NCBI RefSeq assembly: GCF_036321535.1
Contig: NC_087438.1
Location: 8,556,001-8,620,000, forward strand
Origin: Camelus dromedarius
Lineage: Eukaryota
Length of the DNA: 64,000 nucleotides
Direction of reading: 5' to 3'
Shown: piece by piece, positions 36,871 through 51,900 of the stretch
Layout of the letters: each line of letters opens with the position of its first letter
How positions within the stretch are numbered: position 1 is the first letter of the stretch
Translations under genes and position numbers: made by a program
The notes under the pieces: generated by a model
Told to the model about the DNA's origin: nothing
Database searches by the model: none
Seen by the model: only the letters and a program-made list of their open reading frames with translations

Positions 36871-39133
36871 CTATATCCCCAGCTTAGCATTATCAACATA
36901 TCCAGCCTGAACGTTTGGACAAGACTCAGACGCTTCAATTATATACATGAATGGTATTTTAATACGGATTTTAACATCATATGAAATGATCACATGACAT
37001 TTTAAAGAGCAAAAGCAAGAAATCTCTGAAACTTAGAAAGGTCTCATGAAACTATTAGAACATTACATTTATTTATCCATCAAATAAATCCTATATAGCT
37101 TAAAGACCAAAGGCACAAACTTATATAGCTAGGCTAAAAAAAAAAAAAAAACCAGAATGGCGATGGGGATAAGAGTAGCTGTAGCAGAGTGACAGCTACA
37201 GCCCACCCCCCCCAGGGCCAAACATACCAGCTGACAGCTCTGGAAGTTTCTCAGGGACTTAATTCTTTCCAGCCCTGCCAACCTTAATCCAATCAATGGT
37301 TCCCCCATGACCCAAGACTTGGCATATCTCCCTCAGGACTTTAAAACACAAGAGAATTTGAATCTCTTCTTTGTTATTAATTCACCAAATGGTGAATTTC
37401 AAGGGGAAAAATTCATAAACGTTATTTTGCAGTTACTAATTAGCTCCTCAATTAATGAAATTAACGATTACGTTTCAACTGCCATTTTCACAGGTCAAAT
37501 TGAGTTGCCTGTCAGTGATTTCACGTAGTCCTACTTTATACCTGCAACAATATAGTGATGTAGGCCACAATCTGTATTTTTCAAAATCTCAGAATGACTC
37601 TTAAACACCTTTTCAAACCACATACTACCCTTGGTAAACAACCAGCTGAAGGTCCCACTTCCCTCTTTGTGTAAAACTGGACGCCAAGTACTGAAATTAA
37701 GAGACAGCATTCAAACGTCAACGGTGCAATTAATACTGTGAGAAGGGCCAGAACAGCCCTCCGCCAGGCTCACGAGGTGCCTGGCATCTGGGCATGCACA
37801 CTGATGACGCACCTCCAGTTACAAACCCTCAAAATGCTCTCCAAGACTCGACTGTGTCAGTGCTTTTAACACAGGATTTACAGACATATTCAAAAGCTAA
37901 AGACTCAAGAAATGTAAAGCCAATACAATGCTCTAAGAAAGAAACAACTTAATTCACATTATTATTTGAGTGAATTAGCAACAATTTAAACATCAAAGGA
38001 AACCACCTTAAAACACTCTCGTCACATACGAGGACCCTCCTCAACCCAGGGATACTGGTTTTATAACTTAAAGCATTTTCTATTTGCAGGTGTTACATTT
38101 TAAAGTCATAATTTGACAAAAGGCATAGCTAATTTAAATAAAAAGGGGATTTTTTGATGGCAGAGTCCGAACATGAGATATGAAAGTTTATAAAAGCAAA
38201 TATTTCTTTTTCTGTTAATAGTAACATTGAGATATAGGCACTTCTTGTATGAGATGAAATAAAAGCCAACAGGAAGCCACTAAAATACCACTCTTGAAGT
38301 CACATAAACTGGCTTCTGATATTTTATTATTTAGCATTAAAAAAAAAACTCCACATCCCTGACACATTAACATTTATTCTCTATAATAAAACAAATCACA
38401 AAATTTCCAACATACATCATTCAAGGTCTTATGCCAAGATTAGCATTTGGATAATTTTATTGTCATTTAAAATACTTGATTTTCCTTTCAGTTGACAATA
38501 TTTCAAATCATAGATGGTATATCTTCAATTTAATTATAATAGGAAATGTAATAAGTTCACCTTAAAAAGATAAATCTTCTCCTGATCACTGCACATGATA
38601 ATTATTCCCAACTCTGCCATGATGCAGCTGTACTTAACAATGTCTTGATAAAAGAATATCCTGAAAGTTCTCATCTAAATCAACATTTCCCTGTTTCATA
38701 GTTCACTACTTGTCTTTGAGATGACAACTATTGTTTTTTGTTCTGAAAGTAAGTTTAACATCCTCCTGCTGTAAAATTCCTGACATATTGGTGTTCCATT
38801 TACTATGAGATAACCTGCCTTTAAAAAACACCCTGGTATGCATGAAGATGCCAGGAAATCACACAACAGCTGACTTGACAGGCGAAAGCATTACATTAGA
38901 CTTGCACGTGGAAACACAGAAGCTCTTACTAATTGTCATATTGATCACTGACATCCTTTCAGGGATAGACTATCTGTCTTCTATCTCATCTTCCTCTTTC
39001 AACACATATCTGTGATAGGATTCAATGATTATTATGCATTAAAAATTTATCCTCCATAAGACATCTGCATTGAAGACAGGTGTGCATTAATAATTGTGAG
39101 TTCCTATTTGCACTACATCAGTACAGGATGAAC

Positions 39134-39221
39134 TTTTTTTTATAATGGAGGTGCTGGGAATTGAAGCCAGGACCTCAGGCATGCTAAGCACACACTCTAC
39201 CACTGAACTATACCCTCCCTC
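39134..39221 (-). mobile_element. tRNA-Ala-derived SINE (Vic-1-like), short form
   Basis: Reverse complement of ggagggagggtatagttcagtggtagag...ttagcatgcctgaggtcctggcttcaattcccagcacctcca; TSD caggatgaa(c/t)tt. Confidence 0.85.
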
Positions 39222-40024
39222 CAGGATGAATTTCAAAGTCATTTTAACGACCAACCTTCAAGAAGGTTGCATTCAAATGGGACCAGACATGAAAATAAAC
39301 TTGCAAACCAATAAATAAGTGAGATGATTTCTGGTTCTCATACATGTTGTAAAGAAGATCAGACAGGTTAATTGTGAGGAGGGAAACTGAGAGGGGATCA
39401 GCTTTAGCAAGAAGATCAGGAGAGGCAGAAAGATGGCCAGAGAGACTACAGCCTAAACAACCAGGAGTAGGGAGAGAGAGGGAGCTGGGACAAGACAGGA
39501 AGAGGCTGGATTTCTTCCTGTTTGTCACTGCCTGGGTTCTATGCAAAGACAAGATGCGAGTGGATGTATAGGGACCCCCTCAGGCAGTGAGGGGGTCACC
39601 AGCTGCAGGGAAGCAGAGCGAAGGGAGGGTGGCTGCCCAGTGGCCAACTGCCGAATTCCTGGTGAGAGAGGATGGTGGCCTGGGATCAGCGTGATAAGAA
39701 GCGAGAGTTCAACCAAGGTGAGAAGCAGCCATGCAATTTTGAAAAAACGTCTATAAAAAGAATCTGGAATACCCGAAGTTGGTTATACAGAAACGTGTCT
39801 CCAGGCCTTCCACCTAGAGCATCATTCTGCATGTCACATTCTATACATTTTCTAAATCAAGGCAAAACATTGTATGTTTACCAAAGAATAATTTAAAATA
39901 CCTTAAAGAGTGACCCATATTATCCATCAGTAATTCTTACTCATTTAGGGATTAATTCAATACCGAACACCCCAAATCTGCCTTCCTCAGCACTGGGACG
40001 TTGCTGATTTTGCCTTGCAGCTTC

Positions 40025-40385
40025 TATTAGGGATGAATGTTTGTGTCTCCCCAAAATGCACACATTGCTGCCCTAACTGCTAACATGATGCTAAACAGAG
40101 GTGGGGCCTTTGGAAGGTAACTGGGGTCAGGTGAGGTCATGAGGATGAGGTTCTCACAAAGGGATTAGTGGCTTTATAAGAAAGAGAGAGAGAGAGAGAG
40201 ATGCTTGCACCAAGGAAAGGCCACGTGAAGACACGGAAAGAGGGCAGCTGTCTTCAAGGCAGGAAGACAGCCCTCACCAGGAACTGAGTTGGCTGCACCT
40301 TGACCTTGGACTTCACAGTCATCAGAACTGTGAAATAAATGTCTGTTGTTTAAGCCACCCAGTGGCAGCCAAAGCAGACTAAGAC
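40025..40385 (+). mobile_element. MLT1A/MST-like MaLR LTR with internal (AG)n
   Basis: gaatgtttgtgtctccccaaaat...gaggtggggcctttggaagg...gggattagtggctttataaga...ccttggacttc..agtcatcagaactgtgaaataaatgtctgttgtttaagccacccag. Confidence 0.85.
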
Positions 40386-43300
40386 GGTCTCTTACAATGT
40401 TTTCATTTAGTGAAGTCCTCCCAGAGCCAGGCTGCACCATCACAACAAGCATGCCCCCAGACATGTGGTCCCCAACTTCCATGGCTGTGGGGACAGGCGT
40501 GTTCTCACTTTTGGATGAGGCAGAATTTTTGCCACTTAGCAAAAGGTACTCAATTACCCACTTAACATTACAGGAGAGTCTATTGATCAGCTGTCACAAT
40601 GTTCTACCGTCTTCTCCTGGTGATCTGCAAACAACTTCACAGACTCCTCTGACGTCATGATATCCTCTATAACACTGCACATCCGCACATCCCAGTACTT
40701 GAAATCTTACTTTGCATCTATATTTTTAGCTTAATATGTATGTGCAGCTTAGCTTCTTGCTATGATCACGGCAAACTTTCCCACGTGCCAAGGATATCAC
40801 TGTGAAGGGTTGAGTACCACGTGGATATACTGGGCTGAACTGCCTGCCTTGACCGTCCTGCTCAATGCCTCAAAATGAATGTAGAAGCAGCCTTACCTTT
40901 TGCCAGATGCCCAGTGAGACCTATCTTCAAAGATACATTAGCAGCAAATGTGTAGGTAACAATGATCTACTTACATGAAAAACACACAGCAGAAAGACTG
41001 AAATTACTCCTGTAGCACACGAGTAGCTTTTTTAAGTAAATCACGGGCATATATATTGAAAACTAATAAGGTATGACAAATAAGAAATATAATTTTCCCT
41101 GACAGCCCACAAAGCAATTTGTTCTAAAAAGTTAAGAAGAAAAAACAATAGGCACCAAACAGAGCTGGGTAAGCATAACGTTAAGACACTGAGAGAAACT
41201 GTGACACCAACTCTGAGTTTAAGAGCATCTTCTCTGAGTCAGAGCTAAAAATTTCTTCAAGCCACTGAACCTTGAACCCGCCACATCCCGAAGAGCTAAA
41301 ATGACGCACAGCTGCAAGAACAGCATGTGTATTTAAACTCAGATACAAGTCACCTAAGGATCTTCTGAGACTAAGCGAAAATGAGAAAAATCTACTCTTG
41401 GTTCCAAAATCTGTTATGTTGCTTTCGAAATTCTTATCCTCACTTTCAAAAGATAAAATATGGGAAAGCACTTGTAAAGACTAACATGCTGTAAAACTCA
41501 AAGGAATAATTGCTTACATTTCCTCCCACACCCTGTTCAACCCAAGAGAGCACTTGATCAGGCTGTCCCCCAGCTGTCCCACTGGCAGGTCTGTATCCCC
41601 TGCCAGTCTGCAGGTATCACCGCTATTATAAACTGCATAATTGTCTGGGCCGCCGGGAAGCCACATTAACTCATATTATTACACTGTGTAAATGGAAAGT
41701 ATTTCTGTTGAGCACTGAAAGATCTTGAGGCCGAGTAGCAATGGATGCATTTTAAACAGAACAGGCACACACGAGCAAGGGAGGGATTTCAGAGATGTGA
41801 TGGGAAACCGGGCAGCATGGCCACCTGAATCTGAAATCCAAGTTTGAAAAGGACAGTAGTAGCCACTCTTCAACTAGAGAAAATGGCTAAACTACTCAAA
41901 GAGGGGCAGATTCTCTGGCTCTGGAATAACATGCTGTTTGCCAGTATTTTATAACTTACTGCTTCTTCAAAACTCATATTCAGCCCAGTCTGCTGACTGA
42001 ATGGATTAATCAATGACCATTGACCAGCCCGTTAAAACTAATTTAGCTGCCTGCTCCTTCTTGCTTAAAATGTCCACACTTCTTCCCAGGTGTTGACCAA
42101 ACTCGCATCCCATCTATTGAAGCTCTCCAGAACATACTCAATCCTAAGGGTCCACAAGCTGTATTTGTGGAGGAAGATGGGATGTCACCAAGGGTCAATT
42201 TCCCCCTACCATCCTCTGGCCCCTCCCCCGGACACTTTACGTCTTTCTAGGCTTCCTATGTACAAGCTAAAAGGATTCCAAGAATCCTCTCAATTGCTGA
42301 CACAGGAAATATGAAATCCCTATACAATTTGTCATGCCACTTGCCCTCAGTTGCAGAAAGAAGGTTTTAGATTTATAAGAAAAAAGAGCCATATGTGAAA
42401 CTGCTATAAACAGCGAGTAAAACCGTAATTAGCATCTCCTCCTGAGTGCCTAAAACTTTGATACTCACTAATACACATTCTCAGTGAGGCATATTAACTC
42501 CTCTTCCTTCAAAAGTTATTAGAACAGGGAACATACGAAAGGTTTATTCCCCCCTGTAACTTACACATGATGTCTTCCTATTGGCAGCCTACAGTTACAG
42601 TGATAAGAATTCTCTGAAATTGTGTTCCAAGTATTTAAGGAAACATGCTCAAAAAATGGAAGCCAGCTACGGTTCACACTTCTAAAACTGTTCTGATGAA
42701 GCCTTCCAGGCGCCAGACTCGGCAGCCCACCAGGAGAGAAAATAATATTCTGGGGACATGTCTACAGACTTCAATCTCTGCGGAACATAGGGCTTCTTCC
42801 AGCTTCCCTTTTGAGCAGCAAATATCTGTGCAAAACAGAAAAAAAACAGAGGGAACTTTTTTTTTTGGAGCCAATTTGGTCTAACATACAATTTTTGAAG
42901 TCGTATAAAGAAATAACAGAAATTACTTCCACTGATGGATGAAGGAGAACGCTTCCTTTAGGCAACATCCAATGAATGGCATGGAAACTAAGACCATTAG
43001 AGAAATGGCATTTTTAACCCTATGAGTGATGGAGGTTGGAGACTTAGTCTTACAGACAGGAAAATCTTTTGATTCCAACTCACGCAAAAAAAAAAAAAAA
43101 AAAAAAAATTGCCCTATTTTTTTGAAGCATGTCAAAAGTTCTAGGAAGTATATTTTATACGTAAATGCTTGTTATGGTTAGGCCTTCTAAAGCATTTTCA
43201 TACGAATTATCATATCACATTCACAAAATCTCCGTGAGTTTTGATCACTATGAGGGAAAAAATCAAAATAGGCCCAGCCACAAGGTCACAAGAGAAAGCT

Positions 43301-44379
43301 GGCACCAAGCATCATCTGGATGCCGGGACTCAGAACTTGCATCCAGTCCTCCTTCCAGAGCCGCAGTGCCCAGTAGCCAACACCAACCAAAGCAAACAAT
43401 TCTGAGTTCACGAATCACTTCTGACAATGAAAATAAAAGTGTACGTATAGCTCACAATGATTAACTGAGTGTTCACCATGTGCCAACTACTGTCTGAGGA
43501 TTTTAGGATCAATGATAAAAAGGGACAGACTACCAGTATGGGGCAGGGGCGAGGAGAAGCATGGTCCTCTATGACCGTGAAGATGATGCACGTAGATATC
43601 TACGCACCCGTATGTGTGACGTAGAAAGCCATGATTTCCTGAGAGGGGCATCCTGACTTACTCTTCCCAACGCACCTGAACCACACAGAGAAGTGAAGGC
43701 TGCACACCCAGCAGAGCTCCCACCGGTGAGCCCCAGATTGTCGCAAACACCCTGCCTCTCGCACAGACGTCCCCGAGCCTGTGCAGGCACGTCAGTAATT
43801 AAGCTGCACGTGGGGGCAGCAGAGGCCAGAATTCAAGAAGATGCGTCCTGGTTAGCATTTAACAGTAGAAATAGCTAAAGCTATTAAAGAGGGGCACCGG
43901 TAGACCAGGTTCTCTGCTATGTATTTTAGGTCTGTACTCTCTGAGTTTGTCCACATAACCACCTGAAGACAGAAGGATCATTACCTCCCCTCCATCAACT
44001 ATGACACTCAGAAGTAGCTTATCCACATGCTGAAAAAAAAAAAAAAAGAAAGAAAGAAAGCGCTGAGCTGTGAACACCGTCCTGTTGAGATACAACCACG
44101 AAGCCATCCCTCCATGTGGTCCACCAGCGCCTTTACTACCGGGACACACGGAATCAGGGAGCAACAGAGCGTCTCCTTAAAGAAGAAATCCCACCGAGAA
44201 ATGGGGACATACTGAACTACAAGCTTTAGAATTCTGCTTTACAAATAAGAATTGATCAAATGAGGGATAAACTGGTAAAACATGGCAAAGGGTAAGGTAA
44301 CTGCCACAGACAAATAATACCAATCAAGAGCACGGCAAACGGACCAACTGAGAAACGTGCAGGAGATACAAAAACATCA

Positions 44380-44880
44380 TTCACCAAAGAATTAGGAGTT
44401 CGTCGAAAACTTACATGGTATTCAACCTCAGCCATATTCAGTGAGAAGCGAATTAAATGAAGGAAAACACAGTATTTCTCCTATTTAATTGGAATTTGTT
44501 GTTTTGTTTTGTTTTTAACTATAACACCCAGTGTTACCAAGATCATGGGGAAACCGGCACACTCCTGCCTTCCCTGAAGAAATATAAATTATAGAAACTT
44601 TCTGGAGGACAATTTGACAGCATGTATCTACAGCCTTGAAAACATCCAGTTCTAGGAAGTAATCCAGAGAAAATAACCTGAAGAAAACGATTTAGCTTTA
44701 ATCACAGTATCATATTATACCACCCCCAAATGAAAATGCCACCCAGCTCCCAAAACAGCAAGTTGTTTAAGTGACTGATGTTATAGAAAGGTATGGAAAA
44801 CAGACACTAAAAATGAAAACTAACTCTATGAGAAAAGCTGTCTTACATGCTAAAAGGTAACAAAACAGAGGACTCTTCTA
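44380..44880 (+). mobile_element. Old L1ME-like remnant
   Basis: aactttctggaggacaatttgacagcatgtatc..cagccttgaaaa...ttctaggaagtaatcc. Confidence 0.55.
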
Positions 44881-46930
44881 AACTTGAAGATGGGTACAGA
44901 TTCGCATTTCTGCTGCAAACATACTCACTCATTTCAGGGGCTTCCGATCATGCATGAACCTTAGCTTCTTTGAGTCAATTCTCCACTGTCCAAATTTTTA
45001 ATGATAGTGCGTTATTTTTGAAACCAGAAAAAATTACAAAGGTTTATTTGAAAAAGAGAAAAATATTTCACTACTGTGCTACAGAGTTCTCAAGAAGACA
45101 GCAACTTGATAAAACTACTCAATACATCTCTCAAATTTAAAAGCAGAGAAAATATAGGTGTGGCAATGATCAGAATATACACAAGATACACTCCACGAAG
45201 AACGAAGCCTGTTAACTTTCAGTCAGGTGTTCAGCTAATGAATGAAACGTATTCCAAAGCAAATAGATCATACCCTTTTCAAAAATGTAAAGGCATGATT
45301 TTTTTCCCTGTGTGGTGATATATTCTATATCAAACTATGATCTATTTAGTGGAAAGATAATATACAAAGAACAAAACACTTGAAACTCTGCCATAAATAC
45401 TATGTTCTTGTGTTTGCATGGCAACGTGAGTGGGTGTGTATGCTGGGTGTCATATTCAGTACAGTTTTTTGCTTTATTTTCTTCTTAACTTCAGTGCCAT
45501 GAATACTTCCTATATAATCAACTATTCTTTAAAAAGATAACTCACAGCTACACAATATTCTCTTGGACAGAGGTGCCATTGTATGTCTATACAAGTACAC
45601 GCATTTAACTATATACTAGTTTTATTCTAAGATTTTTCATGTAGTATGAATCCTGATGAACAAGAACTGGGTATTACAATCAATATGGAAAGCGATTTAG
45701 CTTGAAAGAGGCTCTCTCTGGATGAATCCGTAGGTGTTTAGTAAAGAAAATGTGCTACCTGAGGACCTTTTCAGTGTTACCTGTTCCAACCTGACTCAAG
45801 CCAAACAGTTTGATCTGAACACTACAAGCCCCAGGCTTCCTGGACCACCCTTCACGTCCTGGGTAAATGTGACATGAACCCTACTGTCTCTGAGACCATC
45901 TACACGATGCCCATTTCACGTGTCTGCCTTTCTGGAGAACTCCTCCACCTCCTCAACTGGAGATTCCAAAAATGCCATGTTCAGTGAAGAAAGTACTAGA
46001 GACAAGAGACTGGATTGTGGCTCTTTTATATTTGGAAGACTTGGTTTGCTGCCAAAGAAACTGCTCTTCCTGGAAATTAAATTATTCTGTGTTACTGAAG
46101 GTAATGACCGCTATGTTACTCTGATGTTTGAAAGTCCAAATAAAATATTTGAGAGAGAAGAATAAAATAGAGTTTAAGAAGTGAGCCTTTTTTTTTTTTT
46201 TTTTTTTTTTTAGGTTGAGTAGTCATGCTCGGAGTCAAAGCAAACATCACATCTATTTGGTAATTCAGTTTTGTTTTGATGGTGTCCACTACTGCTCTTA
46301 CTCAAAGTTAAAACATTAACAACAGCCAAACTCTAATTATCCACACTGAGGTAGAAAGTTCCATGGATAATAGCCAGCATAGATCATCATTTTTATGTAG
46401 TTAGGGAAGTCAGATTTTGACACTGTCTTTTTTATGCTCAGTTGTCACCGCTTACGGGGCCATTTAATTACTGGCAGTCAAAGTCTAACGTGGGGAGTTG
46501 GGAAGAAATGAGTTATTTTTAAGTTGGCAATATATAAATCAGCTGAATCTCATGGACCATATTCTCTATAAATCAGACAGGGCTTTAGATACTCCCCTGG
46601 TAATTCCTGATATCGTGTCAAAATACCATAAAATATTTGAAGAGCTCAGCAAAGCAAACTCCTTTAAAGCTACTATATCCGGAATTCTACAACCAGAATT
46701 CTTTATAATTCTGTCAATGAGGAACGCTTCTTCCCTACTTGCACTATTTCCTTCCAGGTGAAGGGAACCTAATTAATGTAACACTCTGGCCTCTCCCTGC
46801 CCTTTGCTTCCTCTGCCTTTGAAGAATAAAGGCGGCAGCGTGGCCAGCTCCTTCCTTCCTCTGGAGACCCTGCTGCCTGCAGAGGGCAAGGCTTGGGCTC
46901 TGGGGCTCAGAGGCAGCTCTGTCCCTTGGT

Positions 46931-46974
46931 GGGGGGGGGGGGGTGAGGGGAGGGGGGATAGGAAGGGAGGGAGG
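46931..46974 (+). repeat. G-run cluster (G13 + G4 + G6 + G3 runs); G-quadruplex potential
   Basis: ggggggggggggg tga gggg a gggggg ata gg aa ggg a ggg agg. Confidence 0.7.
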
Positions 46975-48590
46975 CTGAGGTCCTGGGACGTCCTCTGACA
47001 TCACAGCAGCTAATCAAAATGGACATTTCCCCCCATGGTGGCCACTTCTTTATCTTTTTTTCCTTCCGACATCCCACCTTTTGTCAGGGAGGGTTGGAAA
47101 GGAGGATTGATATCTATCCAGTTCCTTAAAGGCACCATCAATCCAAATTTCTGCACATTTTTTGACTGAAGGTAAACATATACCTGCCTGTGATTTATGT
47201 CGTGGCATATTTAAATAAGAAAAGATTACAATAAGCACTATACGATTATGAAGATGCTTCTAAACCAAAAGAATAAATTATTTAAAACGTGTACAAAATG
47301 CATTTTCCTTAATACATGTACATCAAATCAATCATTTAATGACAGTTGTGATAATGACATCACACAAAAAAAGGTCACTAATGAAAAAACTCCAGTCTTC
47401 ACCTATGCAGGATAAATATAATAACAAATGTCAATGATAGAATTAACTGTTCCCCATCATCGAATGCTATAAACTAAATACCCTATTTACAAATACATTT
47501 TATATTATTTCAAACTTAGAGAAATTTTGACACTGACAGTTATTTAACCAAACATAATGGGCTCACCTGCTTACTTTGGTCCCCAAACCAGAAAGTTCTT
47601 TTATTATAACATGTGTTTTACTCTGGTAACTTATAATTAGAAGTTCCCACAATAACATATAAATTTAAATATAAATGCCCACATTTATTGCCAAAATGTT
47701 TTCCTGACTGAAGATAAGTTAGTCTCCTGTTCTATAGGTCACAATCTGTAACAATTTCTAAGATGCATCCAAGCGTTATTATTGTTATAATTATGTTGAA
47801 GATCTGAGTGTTACCTTGTAGGGGCTGGGCACTTCACTGAAGCAACTAAGAGTGAAAGGGCAAGTGAAGATGACCGTTTATTTTTGAAAAGGTACCAATG
47901 AACGCACATGTTTTTTTCCCAAGAACTTGAATTTAATTGGGGGTGGGGTGGGTCTTCTCTTTAAGTAATAAATTTAGCTGTTTCAGTTTCTGTTTTCTTT
48001 GGCACAACAATATTGTGGTTCAGGGCTCTGTGGTTCTAAAAAGAGCAGCTGTTTAATATTTGACTTCACAGAGAGTGATGCTTATAAAACTGTCTATAAT
48101 ATTCTTTCTACATTATTCAGCTTCGTAGAAAACGTGATCTTAGGTGAATAATGTAACACTAATAGGGAGTATCAAAGGTTTGCAATTTCTGACTGTTAGA
48201 TTCGAATCTGTTTTTTTAATAATGCTGCTGGGAGATACAAAGGGCTTCTCTTTTATCTCAACCATTATATATTTTAATATGTAAATGAGTGGCATGTTGC
48301 AGAGTAGAAAACATTTTATATGGAAATCTACATAATAAAGTAATAATACAGTAGGAGTGGGGGAGAATGTATCTATTTAATAGCCTTTGTTAGAGATAGT
48401 GGTGGCTTTTATAACATATTTAGTAAGACATAAGTGAAGCCGAAGTACTCCTCTTAATATGTAGATATAGATCTCTCGTGTTTGTACAAATATTTATCAT
48501 TACAAGGCACTTATGCACTTCCTTCCTTTTTCCTGAAACCAATCTTTTCAGACTTTCTTACTGTACTCATTCTTTTAAAGTAAACCAAGC

Positions 48591-48741
48591 TGGGGGTTGG
48601 GTACAGCTCAAGTGGTAGAGTGCATGGGTTAGCATGCACAAGGTCCTGGGTTCAATCCCCCGTACCTCCTCCAATAAATAAATAAATAAATAAATAAAGT
48701 TAATTACCTCCCCCACACACAAAAAATAAAATAAAATAAGA
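48591..48741 (+). mobile_element. tRNA-Ala-derived SINE (Vic-1-like)
   Basis: gggggttgggtacagctcaagtggtagag...ttagcatgcacaaggtcctgggttcaatcccc; (taaa)n tail; TSD taaacca(a/t)gc at 48581-48590 and 48742-48751. Confidence 0.85.
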
Positions 48742-48845
48742 TAAACCATGCAAAGATACTTCATTATTATTGACTATATACATTTCATCCTTGTGACTCA
48801 TTCAGCTTATTTTTTAAATTTATTTTAGAGTACATCTTTATTTGT

Positions 48846-48950
48846 CATACCCATTTTACAGCTGAAAAAACTGAGGTCAAAACAGGCTCATATAAATGGC
48901 CAAGGACACACAGGCTTAACAGAGGCAAAGCTGGGATCCATTCAAAGCCG
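48846..48950 (-). mobile_element. MIR SINE
   Basis: cccattttacagctgaaaaaactgagg...ggccaaggacacacag. Confidence 0.7.
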
Positions 48951-51900
48951 GTGCTTCTCTCATCTCTGCATCCATCCAAAGCAGAATCCAAAACAGCATT
49001 ACACTGGGATATATATCCTAACATTACATATAAATGTATTAAATATTTAAAAATATGAAATATGCATATATATTCATTCTTGGGCAAAACCCAAGTTTTT
49101 CCTCTACAGATATATTTCTGCCCTGAAATGACAGTTAATGGAATAATAGGTTTCAATATATGTCATTCATTTCACAGATAACTTTTCAGGAATCTTACCA
49201 AGGGACACAGGAGAGGCATTCTAGGAAGCACTATTTCACTTATTCAGTCATTATTTGCAATTTGTCAAAAACTAATTGATACAGAGTCTAACTTCAATAT
49301 CCTAATACAGCTAAGACATTTCCTACAAATCAATTAACCATGATCCTGAGCTTGAAATTACGCTCAGCTGCTATGTGATCAAAAGATAAACAACTGGGGG
49401 TGTCATAACTACACACGTTTGTTATGAGTTTTAACATTTTTAATGGCCTAGAAGAACAGTATGATAAAATATTTCCATGAGTCTCCTGTGTTGAAGAACT
49501 GTTTGTGAATATAATTGCATTCATTAAAGCCAACCAGGCAGTTTATTAATCAGTAGGCTAGATTGGCAGAGAATGTGAAAGAAATTATTTATCTATGACA
49601 TGTTTAATATTTTCCATTAATATAAAAAGCTGTTGCTTTGGCATATAATCAGATAAACTTAAAGTCAGCAACAAGTATCATGAACTGTTTTAGCCCCAAA
49701 AAACTTTTCATCCACAGCCACGTAACATTTATCACAAAGTCATCAAGGTACCAAAGCTCTGAGAACACCTTTAGAATATGGTTGATGTAAACCATCATGG
49801 AAGCCAACTGAAGAATTTGACCTACAGGTGTATTTCCGCAAGCAAAGAGCCACTGTACCACAGCTTCAATGGAAGTACTGGATTTAAAAATACCTGCTCA
49901 TCTTCTCTCGGTATTTGGTCAACTTCTGAATTATGGTGTTCAAGTTTAAGCACTCTCAAGAATGTAGCATCTTTTAAAAATAAAAACCTTTATGAAAAAT
50001 AAAAGCTTTTAGGAATAGTAATCCCAGCATAACCAATTCTCCACTAGCTAAATTAAAGTTCACACAGAGAAACAACCATAATGAGTATTCATATCTTCTG
50101 AGGATAATCATCAGGAAAAGCAAGAAAGAAAAAAAAAAGAATACTCTTGGCAGCTCAAAATGCCAGTAATTCCTATTTTAGTTCAATTGCCTTGTTACAA
50201 CCAGATACACTGGCCTATATAAACTATATCTGACTTTATGAACAAATTACAGTAAGTTATTTTAAATGTAACTTTAATTTCTTACATAAGGACACCGTGA
50301 TGAAATTACTCAGGAGAACTCTTCAACAATTCCACATAAAAGCATACCATATAAAAGAGAACCGTGGAAAAGCACAGCAGAAACTAGCAAGTTCCATAGC
50401 ACTGTCAGGGAGAGGACTGCATATTCACTTATCTGTCAAAAGTACAGAATACCATAACTTCATTTGTAATTTTAGGGGTCACTATGAATGTGATATTATC
50501 CTTTTAAGTTATTTAACAAAATTCTAAATTGCACTTTCCAGCTACTATCATTTGAATTCCATGCTTCTCTTTGATGAACTATTTCAGTGGAGAAAGAATT
50601 GGCTCGTGTTCTATCTCGAAAGATGCGAAGTTGATGGAAATACTGTAATGTGACAGTGCGTGACTTTTATTACGAACAATGAAAACATTAGTGACATCTA
50701 TAATGATTAGGTCATAGAACTACACAAACAGACACCAAATGAAGTAACTCCTTTCCACAAGACGATGACAATTTTATTAGAGCAGCAACCTCCGGTGCTC
50801 ACTGCAATTGCCATTCAATCAAGTGCTATCACTTTCAAGCCATAATATAACATAAAACTCACACATCCAATACACGTAGCTTTGCCCACACCCACCGTCT
50901 GCCCTGACGTACACACACAGGCACCAAGTAGCATCTACAAGTCCTTTAAGAATTCTGTTTATAACGGAAAGAGTAGATTCAAAAGAAAAAGTCAAAAGAA
51001 GCAAATGAATGTCTACTTCTCCTATTGCCTCTTTTTGCAAGAAATCTGACATTAGAACAATGCAACAAGCACAAGAGTATATTCCAAGTGCTGTTAGAAA
51101 GTTCTCTGAATGTGAATAAGGGGAAAGCATAGCAATACTGGTAAAACTGACCACACTCTTCAGTTAACTCGAGCCACACAGCCCTCGCTAGTCTCTCCGT
51201 GACGCCGACTTGTTAGCTGCATAATCACAGGCCTCCCAAATTTCTGCATCTAACTCCAAACGCAATCATCTTCATCCAAGCCCTGTGGCCCGCACAGACC
51301 GGTGACGATGCCGCTTAACACTTTCCCCAAAACATTAAAAATGGATTCTGCGTGTGGCAAAGAGATTTTACGGCAGACTAAAGCACCGAGTCCGTATCTG
51401 AGGACGCCCGTCCCCCGATCTGTCATACTTCCCCTTGAGAGAGCCCCCAGAACCATGCACAGGTTCAGCCCTGTAATTTTATGAGTCACAGCACTTTCCC
51501 AAGGGAATTTAAAAGTGGTGCAGCTCCAAAGCCTTTTAATCCTGTAGGTGAACTACTAACAGCAAAGAGATGAACTGAACCACCGTCAGTAGCTGATGAG
51601 ACTTTAAAGCTGCTGATGGAAGGATGCACAATGAGATAACTCTTAGGTAGTTTCAGCACCTCCCTCTTTTCACGCAAGTCGCTGCAGAAAATTCCAAGCA
51701 TCTTAAATACCTGCCACATAGTTCCTAAAAGTGAAAATAGATGTGTATCAAGCCTGATACTGTGGTTATAACATATCCATTTTCTAAACCAACATATTTG
51801 CTTGGAAACGTTAGGCAAGCATGTTAAAAACACCTTTCAGAGCCAAAGCAAATCAGATCGGTTCAACTGACGCACGCAAGAGGGAAAAAAACACCTTGGA

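Noticed and set aside
43591-43604. Perfect 14-bp palindrome cgtagatatctacg
   Set aside because: A few palindromes of this length are expected by chance in 64 kb.
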